From an uncultured Clostridia bacterium (lineage in GTDB: Bacteria > Bacillota > Clostridia > Oscillospirales > QAKW01): a stretch of 64,000 bases of DNA. Positions 29,354 to 40,160 of the stretch are shown here, one piece after another (position 1 is the stretch's first letter; every line of letters begins with the position of its first letter). The notes under the pieces are model-generated. The model made no database searches. It saw only the letters and a list, made by a program, of their open reading frames with translations, and was not told the origin of the DNA. Position numbers and translations under genes: made by a program. Location: positions 21,921 to 85,920 of the forward strand of contig CALXGQ010000008.1 of NCBI GenBank assembly GCA_944387895.1, written 5' to 3'.

Positions 29354-29382
29354 ATTATACCAAAAAAGCGTATAAAATACAA
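29354..29382 (-). promoter_or_regulatory. sigmaA promoter of mltG
   Basis: TTGTAT-17 nt-TATAAT with an extended TG. Confidence 0.65.
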
Positions 29383-29392
29383 TAGTTTTTAC

Positions 29393-29429
29393 AAAAGAAA
29401 AGAGCCGTTTCGAGGAAAAACGGCTCTTT
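29393..29429 (-). terminator. terminator after purA
   Basis: AAAGAGCCGTTT/AAACGGCTCTTT stem plus a U tract. Confidence 0.8.
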
Positions 29430-29434
29430 GGTCA

Positions 29435-30709
29435 TTAAAACATTTCGATATACTGTTCGCGCTCCGGCCCGACAGAAATATATTTGATCGGGCAGCCGAC
29501 AGCCTTTTCCACAAATGCGATGTAGTCCAGCGCGGCCTGGGGCAGCTCTTCTTTGGTTTTACAACCGGAAATATCGCATTTCCAGCCTTTAAAATACTCA
29601 TAGATCGGCTTTGCCTCGGTCAGCTCAAGGCCGGTGGGGAAATAATCGATCCGCTGTCCGTTCACTTCATAGGCGACGCAAACGGGGATTTGATCCAGAT
29701 AGGAAAGCACGTCCATCTTCGTCAGGGCAAGGCAGGTGGCGCTCTGCATCAGAGTCCCGTAGCGGGAGGCCACCACATCGAAGCCGCCGACTCTTCTGGG
29801 GCGGCCGGTAGCGGCGCCATATTCGCCGCCCGCTTCCCGCAGCTCATCGCCTTTCGGCCCGAAAAGCTCACAGGTGAAGGGGCCTTCTCCCACGCAGCTG
29901 GAATACGCCTTGATGATCCCGATGCTTTCATCCAGCTTCTGATTGGGAATGCCGGCACCGATCGGCGCATAGGCCGCGATGGTAGAGGAGGAAGAGGTAA
30001 ACGGATAAATGCCGAAATCGATATCGCGAAGGGCGCCCAGCTGCGCTTCAAACATTACGCTTTTCCCCGCCTTGATCGCGTCGTTGAGGAAAATCGTGGT
30101 ATCGCAGACATACTCCCTGAATGCCATCGCGTAGGTTTCCAGCCAGTTCAGCATTTCCTCTACCTGAAGAGGCTCATGGCCGTATCCGTTATGCACCGTA
30201 AGGTTCTTCCACTCCAAAATCCCTTCCAGCTTCTCGCGCAGCAGCTCCGGATGGCGCAGATCGCCCATACGCAGGGTTTTCTTCATGTATTTATCCGCAT
30301 AGACCGGAGCGATCCCGCGCCGGGTGGAACCGAATTTCTTATCTGCCAGCCGATCCTCTTCCAGGCAGTCCAGAAGCTTGTGATACGGCATACAGATGGT
30401 AGCGCGGTCGCTGATCTTGAGATGCCGAGGCGTGATCTGGATGCCGCCCTCGCGCAGCCTTTCCACCTCATGAAAAAGATGCTCCGTATCGATCACCATG
30501 CCCGGCCCCATCACATTGACCGTTTCATCGCGCAAAATCCCGGAGGGAAGCAAATTCAAAATGAATTTCCCCCGCTCATTGACGACGGTATGCCCGGCAT
30601 TGTTGCCGCCCTGATAGCGGCAGACGATATCATATCGCTCCGAAAGCAAGTCCACCATGCGGCCCTTGCCTTCATCTCCCCAGTTAATTCCTACAACTGC
30701 TGTCAACAT
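29435..30709 (-). CDS. purA: adenylosuccinate synthetase
   Basis: WGDEGKG, GGNNAGHT and GEYGAATGRPRR. Confidence 0.97.
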   Translation of the reverse strand: MLTAVVGINWGDEGKGRMVDLLSERYDIVCRYQGGNNAGHTVVNERGKFILNLLPSGILRDETVNVMGPGMVIDTEHLFHEVERLREGGIQITPRHLKISDRATICMPYHKLLDCLEEDRLADKKFGSTRRGIAPVYADKYMKKTLRMGDLRHPELLREKLEGILEWKNLTVHNGYGHEPLQVEEMLNWLETYAMAFREYVCDTTIFLNDAIKAGKSVMFEAQLGALRDIDFGIYPFTSSSSTIAAYAPIGAGIPNQKLDESIGIIKAYSSCVGEGPFTCELFGPKGDELREAGGEYGAATGRPRRVGGFDVVASRYGTLMQSATCLALTKMDVLSYLDQIPVCVAYEVNGQRIDYFPTGLELTEAKPIYEYFKGWKCDISGCKTKEELPQAALDYIAFVEKAVGCPIKYISVGPEREQYIEMF

Positions 30710-30724
30710 TTTCCAAGCTCTCCC

Positions 30725-32161
30725 TTATACTTTAATCTCTATGTCAACGCCCAGATAGGCTTTGTTTTTTTCCAAAACAGGGCGTACATACCCGGCAAGA
30801 AACTCTTCCGTCTGTTCCGGAGCGAATCCGATAAAGTTCCGGACATTCAGGATGGAATCAAGCTCTTCCTGCGTCAGCCCGAAGCGGGGATCCTCCAAAA
30901 TCCGATCCAAAAGATCGTTGGGACATCCCTCCAGTTTGATCTTCTTTGTGACCGCAACGGAATGCTCGCGGATCGCCTCATGGATCGCCTGCCGGTCCCC
31001 TCCTTTTTTGACGCAGTACATCATGATGTTTTCCGTCGCCATAAAGGGCAGCTCTTCCTTTAAATGGGCGTCCATCACCTTCGGATAAACCGAACCTCCG
31101 GAGATCACATTGATGTAAAGCGACAAAATGCCGTCGATCGCCAGAAAGGCCTCCGGAACGCTAATCCGCTTATTGGCGGAATCGTCCAGCGTCCGCTCCA
31201 GCCATTGGGTCGCCGCAGTCATGGCCGGATTCAGCGCGTCGATCATCACATAACGCGCCAGAGAAGCGATCCGCTCGGAACGCATGGGGTTACGTTTATA
31301 GGCCATGGCGGAGGAACCGATCTGCTTTGCCTCAAAGGGCTCGTCAAATTCCTTCATATGGGAAAGAAGACGGATATCTCCGGCGAATTTGCAGGCGCTT
31401 TGCGCGATCCCCGAAAGAACAGACAAAACAAAGTAATCCTCTTTACGGGTATAGGTCTGGCCGGAAACGGGCATCACCTTTTTGAAGCCCATTTTTTCTG
31501 CGATTTTTTTCTCCAGCGCGGTCACTTTCTGATAGTCCCCGTCAAACAGCGACATAAAGCTGGCGCAGGTTCCCGTCGTTCCCTTGCACCCCAGCAGACG
31601 AAGAGAGTCCATCGCCTGATCCACGCGCTCCAGATCCAGCAGAAGATCCTGGATCCAGAGGGTCGCGCGTTTTCCCACGGTCGTGGGCTGCGCGGCCTGA
31701 AAATGCGTATATGCCAGCGTAGGCACGTCCTTATACTTCCCGGCGAACTCCGAAGCGGCGTAAATGGCGTTGATAAGCAGGCGCTTTACCTCTTCCAGTG
31801 CTTCCCGCATCAGAATGATATCGGTATTATCACCCACGTAGCAGGACGTTGCCCCCAGATGAATGATCGGCTTAGCGGAAGGGCAGGCGTCGCCGTAGGT
31901 ATGGACATGCGCCATTACGTCGTGGCGCAGCTCCGCTTCATATTCTTTCGCACGGGCGTAGTCGATATCATATATATGTTCCTTCATTTCAGCGATCTGC
32001 TCGTCGGTGATATCCAGGCCAAGCTCCTTTTCGCTTTCCGCAAGGGCAATCCAAAGCTTGCGCCAGGTTGAGAACTTATGATCCGCCGAAAAGATCGCCT
32101 GCATTTTTTTGCCGGCATAGCGGGTGCAAAGGGGATTTTCGTAGAATTGACTCATCGCCAT
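30725..32161 (-). CDS. purB: adenylosuccinate lyase
   Basis: RHDVMAH, IHLGATS, THFQAAQP and GSSAMAYKRNP. Confidence 0.97.
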   Translation of the reverse strand: MAMSQFYENPLCTRYAGKKMQAIFSADHKFSTWRKLWIALAESEKELGLDITDEQIAEMKEHIYDIDYARAKEYEAELRHDVMAHVHTYGDACPSAKPIIHLGATSCYVGDNTDIILMREALEEVKRLLINAIYAASEFAGKYKDVPTLAYTHFQAAQPTTVGKRATLWIQDLLLDLERVDQAMDSLRLLGCKGTTGTCASFMSLFDGDYQKVTALEKKIAEKMGFKKVMPVSGQTYTRKEDYFVLSVLSGIAQSACKFAGDIRLLSHMKEFDEPFEAKQIGSSAMAYKRNPMRSERIASLARYVMIDALNPAMTAATQWLERTLDDSANKRISVPEAFLAIDGILSLYINVISGGSVYPKVMDAHLKEELPFMATENIMMYCVKKGGDRQAIHEAIREHSVAVTKKIKLEGCPNDLLDRILEDPRFGLTQEELDSILNVRNFIGFAPEQTEEFLAGYVRPVLEKNKAYLGVDIEIKV

Positions 32162-32167
32162 TCCTCC

Positions 32168-33784
<1,617 letters not shown>

Positions 33785-33791
33785 TCAAGCG

Positions 33792-34379
33792 TCAATCGTC
33801 ATACATTTTAATAATGTTGCGGGCGATCTCTCCGCGTTTTACGCAATGATCCATCGCCGTTTTTTCGATATATCGGTGCGCGTCCTGCTCCGACATCTTC
33901 AAATGCTCGATCAGCAGGCATTTCGCCCTGTTTACCATACGAAGCTCTTTCATTTTTTCTTCCAGAGTCCAGTTTCTCTCTTCCAGAGAACGCATTCTTG
34001 CCTGGGAAGCGACAAGTAGCTTGACCGCCTGAAAAACACTCTGGCGGCTCACCGGCTTTGCCAGAACAAACACGCCGTAGTGCTCCATTTCATAGGAAAT
34101 CTGTTCATAAACGTCATTTTTCACAAATAAAAGCACGCCGGCTCCGCTGTGCTCGACGACGGAAAGCGCAAGCTGCGTTCCAAATTCATCTTTCAGCGGG
34201 GTGTCTATGATCACAATGTCCGGCGGAGCTTCCGACAAGACCCTGCGCGCCTCGCCTGCGCTGGTCGCGGTCTGAAAGGGATGAAACTGGCCGGATGGCA
34301 GCAGCTCGGTAAAATACCGGCTCGCATTTTCCGAAACAGTAACCAGCAAAACGCTGGTACTGATTGAATCATGAAACAT
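33792..34379 (-). CDS. ANTAR-domain antitermination regulator with an atypical receiver domain (NitR/AmiR-like)
   Basis: REC-like N-terminus (PDIVIIDTPL, LAKP), a coiled coil, and an ANTAR domain VNRAKCLLIEHLKMSEQDAHRYIEKTAMD. Confidence 0.9.
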   Translation of the reverse strand: MFHDSISTSVLLVTVSENASRYFTELLPSGQFHPFQTATSAGEARRVLSEAPPDIVIIDTPLKDEFGTQLALSVVEHSGAGVLLFVKNDVYEQISYEMEHYGVFVLAKPVSRQSVFQAVKLLVASQARMRSLEERNWTLEEKMKELRMVNRAKCLLIEHLKMSEQDAHRYIEKTAMDHCVKRGEIARNIIKMYDD

Positions 34380-34400
34380 CTGGCCCTCTCCTTTCGGGAA

Positions 34401-35597
34401 TCAGGAATGAAGAAAATCCACAGGCAAAACGTCATGTAAAAACGCGCTGTTCTCGGCCAGGGCCCTTGCTTCGCCCAGCGACAGAGGAAGCGTTTCCAGC
34501 GCATCTGTCACCGCGGGAGGCGCCGTAAAGAGATTCAGGTTCACCGGCTCCGGCGGAGTCATGTTTTTTTCCACGCCGTCCAGCCCGGCATAAATCAGCA
34601 GGGCGTATGCAAGATAGGGATTGGCGGTCGGATCCGGAGAGCGCAGCTCGATCCTGCAGGGGTTTTTATGAGAAGCGGGAATACGAATCAGCTGGGAACG
34701 ATTCTCCGGCGACCAGGATATATACTTGGGCGCCTTCATCTCGCCGAATCTGCGGTAGGACTGCTCGGTGGGATTGAAAAATACGGTGATATCCCGGATA
34801 TGATGCAGGATCCCGGCCAGAAACGCCGGCGTGTGATCCACCGAATCCTCGGAATGAACGGAAATATTGATGTGCATCCCGTTTCCGCTGCTCGCCGGGA
34901 GCGGCTTGGGATCAAAGTCCGCATAAAGGCCGTTGCGCCTGGCGATCGTTTTAACGACCGCCTTGAAGGTAACCGCATTATCGGCGGCCGAAAGAGGATC
35001 GCTGTATTTGAAATCGATCTCCTGCTGCCCCGGCCCTTCTTCATGATGAGAGCTCTCCGGATGGATTCCCATATCCAGCAGCGTAAAGCAGATCTCGCGC
35101 CGGACATTCTCGCCGCAGTCTTCCGGAGCAATATCCATATATCCGGCCGTATCAAACGGTTTGAAGGTCCGGTTTCCTTCTTCGTCTGTTTTAAAAAGGT
35201 AAAATTCAAATTCCGTTCCGATGTTGCAGGTCAGCCCTTTAGCCGCCGCCCGGGCCACCGCGTCTTTCAGGATCCGGCGTCCATCTTTCTCAAAGGGCGT
35301 GCCGTCGGGATATAAAATGTCGCAAAACATCCGCACAACTCTGCCGTTGGTCGGTCTCCAGGGCAAAATACAAAGCGTCGAGGGATCCGGGCGCAGAAAC
35401 AGATCGGAATGAAGCTCATCGCCAAATCCCAAAACGGCGGAGGCGTCGAAAGAAATACCGTCTGAAAATGCGCGTTCAAGCTCCGCCGGCATGATGGCGA
35501 TATTCTTCTGATTGCCATAGATATCGCAAAAAGCAAGACGGATAAATTTGACGTTTTCCTCTTCAACAAAGGTCATGACATCCTCATAGGTATACAT
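34401..35597 (-). CDS. glnA: glutamine synthetase type I-like protein (degenerate and C-terminally short)
   Basis: VKFIRLAFCD, GTEFEFYL, SHHEEGPGQQEIDF, GMHINIS and IELRSPD. AAGGAGG RBS before ATG 35597. The Glu-flap reads GEMKAP. Confidence 0.85.
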   Translation of the reverse strand: MYTYEDVMTFVEEENVKFIRLAFCDIYGNQKNIAIMPAELERAFSDGISFDASAVLGFGDELHSDLFLRPDPSTLCILPWRPTNGRVVRMFCDILYPDGTPFEKDGRRILKDAVARAAAKGLTCNIGTEFEFYLFKTDEEGNRTFKPFDTAGYMDIAPEDCGENVRREICFTLLDMGIHPESSHHEEGPGQQEIDFKYSDPLSAADNAVTFKAVVKTIARRNGLYADFDPKPLPASSGNGMHINISVHSEDSVDHTPAFLAGILHHIRDITVFFNPTEQSYRRFGEMKAPKYISWSPENRSQLIRIPASHKNPCRIELRSPDPTANPYLAYALLIYAGLDGVEKNMTPPEPVNLNLFTAPPAVTDALETLPLSLGEARALAENSAFLHDVLPVDFLHS

Positions 35598-35620
35598 GCT
35601 TGTCCTCCTTATTCCGGCAT

Positions 35621-35696
35621 AAAATAAAAATAAGATATCCACCATCTGCCCTGTGAAACCGCGAGCACTTTCGCAACCGGTGAACATCTTTGCCCA
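35621..35696 (-). promoter_or_regulatory. ANTAR-type hairpin overlapping an intrinsic terminator in the glnA-like leader
   Basis: TGGGC-AAAGAT-GTTCA hairpin (loop A1/G4), mutually exclusive with a 12-bp AAGATGTTCACC/GGTGGATATCTT stem followed by ATTTTTATTTT. Confidence 0.7.
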
Positions 35697-35717
35697 TACT
35701 CTTTCAATTATATTTTA

Positions 35718-35745
35718 ATTATATCTGAAATGCGCGGATTGTCAA
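35718..35745 (-). promoter_or_regulatory. sigmaA promoter of the glnA-like-ANTAR-pyrG-purB-purA unit
   Basis: TTGACA-16 nt-TATAAT on the minus strand. Confidence 0.8.
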
Positions 35746-35827
35746 GTGAAAGGCCATTGAATTTTTCTTTTGATTTTCCCGTTTTTTTGGGCAAAAACAC
35801 CAAATGAAAATTTTTTTCGATTTTGCA

Positions 35828-35856
35828 TTGACAAATCCAAAAAGCGAGAGTATAAT
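35828..35856 (+). promoter_or_regulatory. sigmaA promoter of the GSIII gene
   Basis: Perfect TTGACA-17 nt-TATAAT. Confidence 0.88.
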
Positions 35857-35865
35857 GCAGATATT

Positions 35866-35991
35866 GAAACGGCAATGATGTCGGGAAATCATTTTTCCTG
35901 TATCTGCCGTTTCTTTCATTTTATGCATCGAAAGCGGCAATGGGGTCGTGGAGCATGGGATTGCTTCACCCTCATTGCCGCTTCATTTTTT
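35866..35991 (+). promoter_or_regulatory. tandem ANTAR hairpin/terminator attenuator in the GSIII leader
   Basis: CGGC-AATGAT-GTCG (35870-35883) and CGGC-AATGGG-GTCG (35935-35948), each overlapping the 5' arm of a terminator stem that ends in a U-rich tract. Confidence 0.78.
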
Positions 35992-36011
35992 GAAAGAGAG
36001 GTTATCGTAAA

Positions 36012-38105
36012 ATGAGCAAAGTATCTGAAATTTTTGGTGAAAACGTCTTTGGCGATTCCGTGATGAAGGAGCGGCTGCCCAAGGAAACATACAGGCAGCT
36101 TCAACGCACCATCAAAAACGGCCGCCGGCTGGACAGCGCCGTTGCGGCGGTAGTAGCGAACGCGATGAAGGACTGGGCCATTGAAAAAGGCGCAACTCAT
36201 TTTACCCACTGGTTCCAGCCGTTGACCGGCGTGACCGCGGAGAAACACGACAGCTTCATCTCCCCCTGCGGCGACGGAAAAATCATCATGGAATTTTCCG
36301 GCAAAGAGCTGATCCAGGGCGAGCCGGACGCTTCCTCCTTCCCCTCCGGCGGACTGCGCGCCACCTTTGAAGCCCGCGGATATACTGCATGGGATCCTTC
36401 CTCCTATGCCTTTATCAAGGATAACGTATTGTGCATCCCCACGGCCTTCTGTTCCTATAGCGGCGAGGCGCTAGACCGCAAGACCCCCCTTCTCCGCTCC
36501 ATGGAAGCGATCAATAAGCAGGCTCTGCGGGTTCTGAAGCTTTTCGGTAACGACGACGTTACCGCCGTCCGCACGACGGTCGGCCCGGAGCAGGAATATT
36601 TTCTGATTGATAAGGACGTTTACGACCAGCGCAAGGATCTGATTTATACCGGCCGTACCTTGTTCGGCGCAAAACCGCCGAAGGGTCAGGAACTGGAGGA
36701 TCATTATTTTGGCTCCATCAAACCCCGGGTTCAGGCCTTTATGAAGGATCTCAACGAAGAGCTGTGGAAGCTGGGCATTTTAGCCAAAACCGAGCACAAC
36801 GAGGTTGCCCCCGCCCAGCATGAGCTGGCTCCCGTTTTTTCCACAACGAATATTGCGGCGGATCACAACCAGCTGACGATGGAGATGATGCAGAAGGTCG
36901 CCGGAAAGCATCATATGGTCTGCCTGCTTCATGAAAAGCCCTTTGCCGGCGTCAACGGCAGCGGAAAGCACAACAACTGGTCCATCTCCACCGATACCGG
37001 GATGAACCTTCTGGAGCCGGGCGAAACGCCTTACGAGAACGCGCAGTTTCTTCTGTTCCTCTGCGCCGTTATCAAAGGCGTGGACGAATATCAGGATCTG
37101 CTGAGAATCTCCGTTGCTTCCGCGGGGAACGATCATCGTCTGGGCGCAAACGAAGCGCCTCCCGCCGTTGTTTCCATTTATCTCGGCTCCGAGCTGACGG
37201 AGATTTTGGAATCCATTGAAAACGGCACCGCCTACGACGCAAAAGAAAAAGATCTGCTGAAGATCGGCGTTCATATGATGCCCCGCTTCCCCAAAGATAC
37301 CACCGACCGCAACCGCACCTCGCCCTTTGCGTTTACCGGCAATAAATTCGAGTTCCGGATGCTTGGCTCTGCCCAGGCCGTTTCCTGCGCCAACGTCGTG
37401 CTGAACACCGTTGTGGCGGAAGAGCTCAAGCAGTTTGCCGACGCGCTGGACGGCGCGCCTGATTTCGATACCGCGCTTCATGATCTGATCAAAAAGACCA
37501 TAGCCGATCATAAGCGTATCATCTTCAACGGCAACGGCTACGACGAAGCCTGGCTGGTAGAAGCGAAAAAGCGCGGACTTTTGAATCTCACCTCCACGCC
37601 GGATTGCCTGCCCTATGTTCTCCATGAGAAAAACGTCAAGCTCTATACCGACCATAAAATCTATACAAAGACGGAAATTCAGGCGCGCTATGAGGTTTCC
37701 TGCGAGAACTACTGCAAAGTCATCCGTATCGAAGCGCTCACCATGCTGGATATGGCTAAAAAGGACATTCTGCCCACCGTCAGCAAGTTCACCGGCGAGC
37801 TGACCGAAGCCGCTCTGGCCAAGGCTTCCCTTTCCGACTCTTTGGATTGCAGCTACGAAAAAGAGCTGGTGGAGAAGCTCAGCCGCCTGAACGCAACGGC
37901 CTATCAGAAGGTCAAGGCGCTGGAGGAAGCCGTTTTGGGAGCAGACGATATTGTCGAAAGCAGCGCTCTTTGCCGCTACTATAAAGACTCCGTATTTGCG
38001 GCGATGAGCGAGCTGCGCATCGTTGTGGACGAGATGGAAACCCTCACCGCAGCGTCCAGCTGGCCTTATCCCTCCTATGGCAAGCTGCTCTTCAGCATCA
38101 AATAA
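36012..38105 (+). CDS. glnN: glutamine synthetase type III
   Basis: 697 aa; [57 protein letters not shown] and [10 protein letters not shown]. Confidence 0.96.
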   Translation: MSKVSEIFGENVFGDSVMKERLPKETYRQLQRTIKNGRRLDSAVAAVVANAMKDWAIEKGATHFTHWFQPLTGVTAEKHDSFISPCGDGKIIMEFSGKELIQGEPDASSFPSGGLRATFEARGYTAWDPSSYAFIKDNVLCIPTAFCSYSGEALDRKTPLLRSMEAINKQALRVLKLFGNDDVTAVRTTVGPEQEYFLIDKDVYDQRKDLIYTGRTLFGAKPPKGQELEDHYFGSIKPRVQAFMKDLNEELWKLGILAKTEHNEVAPAQHELAPVFSTTNIAADHNQLTMEMMQKVAGKHHMVCLLHEKPFAGVNGSGKHNNWSISTDTGMNLLEPGETPYENAQFLLFLCAVIKGVDEYQDLLRISVASAGNDHRLGANEAPPAVVSIYLGSELTEILESIENGTAYDAKEKDLLKIGVHMMPRFPKDTTDRNRTSPFAFTGNKFEFRMLGSAQAVSCANVVLNTVVAEELKQFADALDGAPDFDTALHDLIKKTIADHKRIIFNGNGYDEAWLVEAKKRGLLNLTSTPDCLPYVLHEKNVKLYTDHKIYTKTEIQARYEVSCENYCKVIRIEALTMLDMAKKDILPTVSKFTGELTEAALAKASLSDSLDCSYEKELVEKLSRLNATAYQKVKALEEAVLGADDIVESSALCRYYKDSVFAAMSELRIVVDEMETLTAASSWPYPSYGKLLFSIK

Positions 38106-38131
38106 ACACAAAAAAAGACGGAAAGCTCTTG

Positions 38132-38217
38132 TTTTCCCGGATTTCCTTGCCGCTTTTCGCGCGCCCCTATGGACAATCCGCGGGGCGCTGCGAAAAGCGG
38201 TACGGTTTTCCGGAGAA
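38132..38217. repeat. long GC-rich imperfect inverted repeat between GSIII and asnB
   Basis: CCGCTTTTCGC-GCGCCCC pairs with GGGGCGC-T-GCGAAAAGCGG; additional outer pairing TTCCCGGA/TCCGGAGAA; no U tract. Confidence 0.7.
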
Positions 38218-38256
38218 GGGTGATCCGCGAGGTCTTTGAAAGAGAGGAATCGGACC

Positions 38257-39837
38257 ATGTGCTCCATTATGGGTTACATCGGGAATGTAATATCATCAGA
38301 AAAATTCAGAGAGGGCTTTGATCAGACAAAGTCCCGCGGGCCGGACATGACAGAGGTGGTTGCTATTGAAAACGGCCGCCTCGGCTTTCACCGGCTGGCG
38401 ATCATGGGTTTGACCCCCGAGGGAATGCAGCCCTTTACGCTTGGGGAAAACAAGCTTGTCTGCAACGGGGAAATCTATGGATTCCGCTCCATCAAGCAGG
38501 AGTTGGCTGACAAGGGATATTCCTTTACAAGCGATTCCGACTGTGAAATCCTGCTTCCCCTCTATCAGGAATACGGGCTGGATATGTTTCGGATGCTGGA
38601 CGCGGAATTTGCCATGATCCTCTACGACGCCGAGAAAAAAGCCCTGATCGCCGCAAGAGATCCCATCGGCATCCGGCCGTTGTATTACGGCCGGGACGCA
38701 GAAGGCTCCATTCTTTTCGCATCGGAGGCGAAAAACCTGGTGGGGCTGACGGACAAAATCCTTCCATTCCCGCCGGGGCATTATTATGCCGATGGCGCCT
38801 TTCATTGCTATCGCGACATGACAAAAGTGGAAAAAATCTGCACCGACGATCTGGAAACCGTATGCCGCAAGATCCGCATAAAACTGACCCGGGGAATTGA
38901 AAAACAGCTGGACGCCGACGCACCCCTCGGCTTTTTGCTGAGCGGCGGCCTGGACTCCTCTCTGGTCTGCGCCGTTGCCGCAAAGGCGCTCGACCGGCCG
39001 ATCGAAACCTTCTCCATCGGCATGGACGCCGACGCCATTGATCTAAAATACGCCCGGGAAGTGGCCGACTACATCCACAGCAATCATCATGAAATCATCA
39101 TAACCCGCAACGACGTTTTAAAGGCGCTCCCGGAGGTGGTTGCCCTGCTGGGCACCTTCGATATCACCACGATCCGCGCCAGCATCGGGATGTATCTGGT
39201 CTGCAAGGCCGTGCATGAAACCAGCGACATCCGCGTCCTTCTGACCGGCGAAATCTCCGACGAGCTTTTCGGTTATAAATACACCGACTTTGCGCCTTCG
39301 GCCGAAGCCTTTCAGGAGGAATCCGCAAAACGGATCCGGGAGCTTCATATGTATGATGTTCTGCGTGCGGATCGCTGTATTTCCGTCAATTCTCTGGAGG
39401 CGCGGGTTCCCTTTGGGGATCTGGACTTTGTGGAATACGTTATGAGCGTCGATCCGGAGAAAAAGCTCAATCATTACGGGATCGGCAAATATCTTCTGCG
39501 GCACGCCTTTGAAGGCGACTACCTCCCCCCTTCCATCCTGATGCGCGAAAAGGCCGCATTCAGCGACGCTGTCGGCCATTCGATGGTAGACGACCTCAAG
39601 GAATATGCCGAAAAACTGTATACGGACGAAGAATTTCAGGCGCGCTGCGGCCGGTATTCCTACTGCCCGCCCTTTACCAAAGAATCTCTTCTCTACCGCG
39701 AGCTTTTTGAGCAGTATTATCCCGGTCAGGCGGAAATGATCGCCGGATTCTGGATGCCAAACAAAGAATGGGCGGGCTGCGACGTCAACGACCCTTCCGC
39801 CCGCGTCCTTTCCAACTATGGAAACAGCGGAAAATAA
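38257..39837 (+). CDS. asnB: asparagine synthetase B (glutamine-hydrolysing)
   Basis: Ntn start MCSIMG, RGPD, FHRLAI, CNGEIY, LLSGGLDSS and EARVPF. Confidence 0.96.
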   Translation: MCSIMGYIGNVISSEKFREGFDQTKSRGPDMTEVVAIENGRLGFHRLAIMGLTPEGMQPFTLGENKLVCNGEIYGFRSIKQELADKGYSFTSDSDCEILLPLYQEYGLDMFRMLDAEFAMILYDAEKKALIAARDPIGIRPLYYGRDAEGSILFASEAKNLVGLTDKILPFPPGHYYADGAFHCYRDMTKVEKICTDDLETVCRKIRIKLTRGIEKQLDADAPLGFLLSGGLDSSLVCAVAAKALDRPIETFSIGMDADAIDLKYAREVADYIHSNHHEIIITRNDVLKALPEVVALLGTFDITTIRASIGMYLVCKAVHETSDIRVLLTGEISDELFGYKYTDFAPSAEAFQEESAKRIRELHMYDVLRADRCISVNSLEARVPFGDLDFVEYVMSVDPEKKLNHYGIGKYLLRHAFEGDYLPPSILMREKAAFSDAVGHSMVDDLKEYAEKLYTDEEFQARCGRYSYCPPFTKESLLYRELFEQYYPGQAEMIAGFWMPNKEWAGCDVNDPSARVLSNYGNSGK

Positions 39838-39849
39838 ATCAAAACGTGC

Positions 39850-40018
39850 TTGCTTCATCCCCTTCCCCTATATGGTTTGTGATGAAAACACATCAGAACA
39901 ACGCCACGGCTTAGGGTTGCTCATCGTGAAACAAATCGCTGCCGCTCACAAGGGTACGGTAGAAATAGGACATAGTGAATATGGTGGGCTTGAGGTCAAA
40001 ATATCCTTGCCTTTATAG
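39850..40018 (+). pseudogene. orphan 3' fragment of a sensor histidine kinase (HATPase_c C-terminus)
   Basis: YMVCDENTSEQRHGLGLLIVKQIAAAHKGTVEIGHSEYGGLEVKISLPL carries the G2 box and the last strands. The upstream part is absent and the segment is lower in GC than its flanks. Confidence 0.75.
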
Positions 40019-40098
40019 CCCGATCCAAAATTCAATCCCAAATAAACGCCGAAAGGGACGCTTCCTTATGTGAAGCATCCCTTAGACCCGTTTTTTTA

Positions 40099-40127
40099 TT
40101 GACAAAATGCGGAAAGATCGATAAAAT
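40099..40127 (+). promoter_or_regulatory. sigmaA promoter of nadE
   Basis: TTGACA-17 nt-TAAAAT. Confidence 0.75.
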
Positions 40128-40160
40128 TGATAATATACACCAACCATTCGGGAGGAGATT

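Noticed and set aside
38117-38132. Possible fourth ANTAR hairpin (loop AAAGCT) upstream of asnB
   Set aside because: The stem is very weak, lacks the GGC/GTY closure of the other three, and has no linked terminator.
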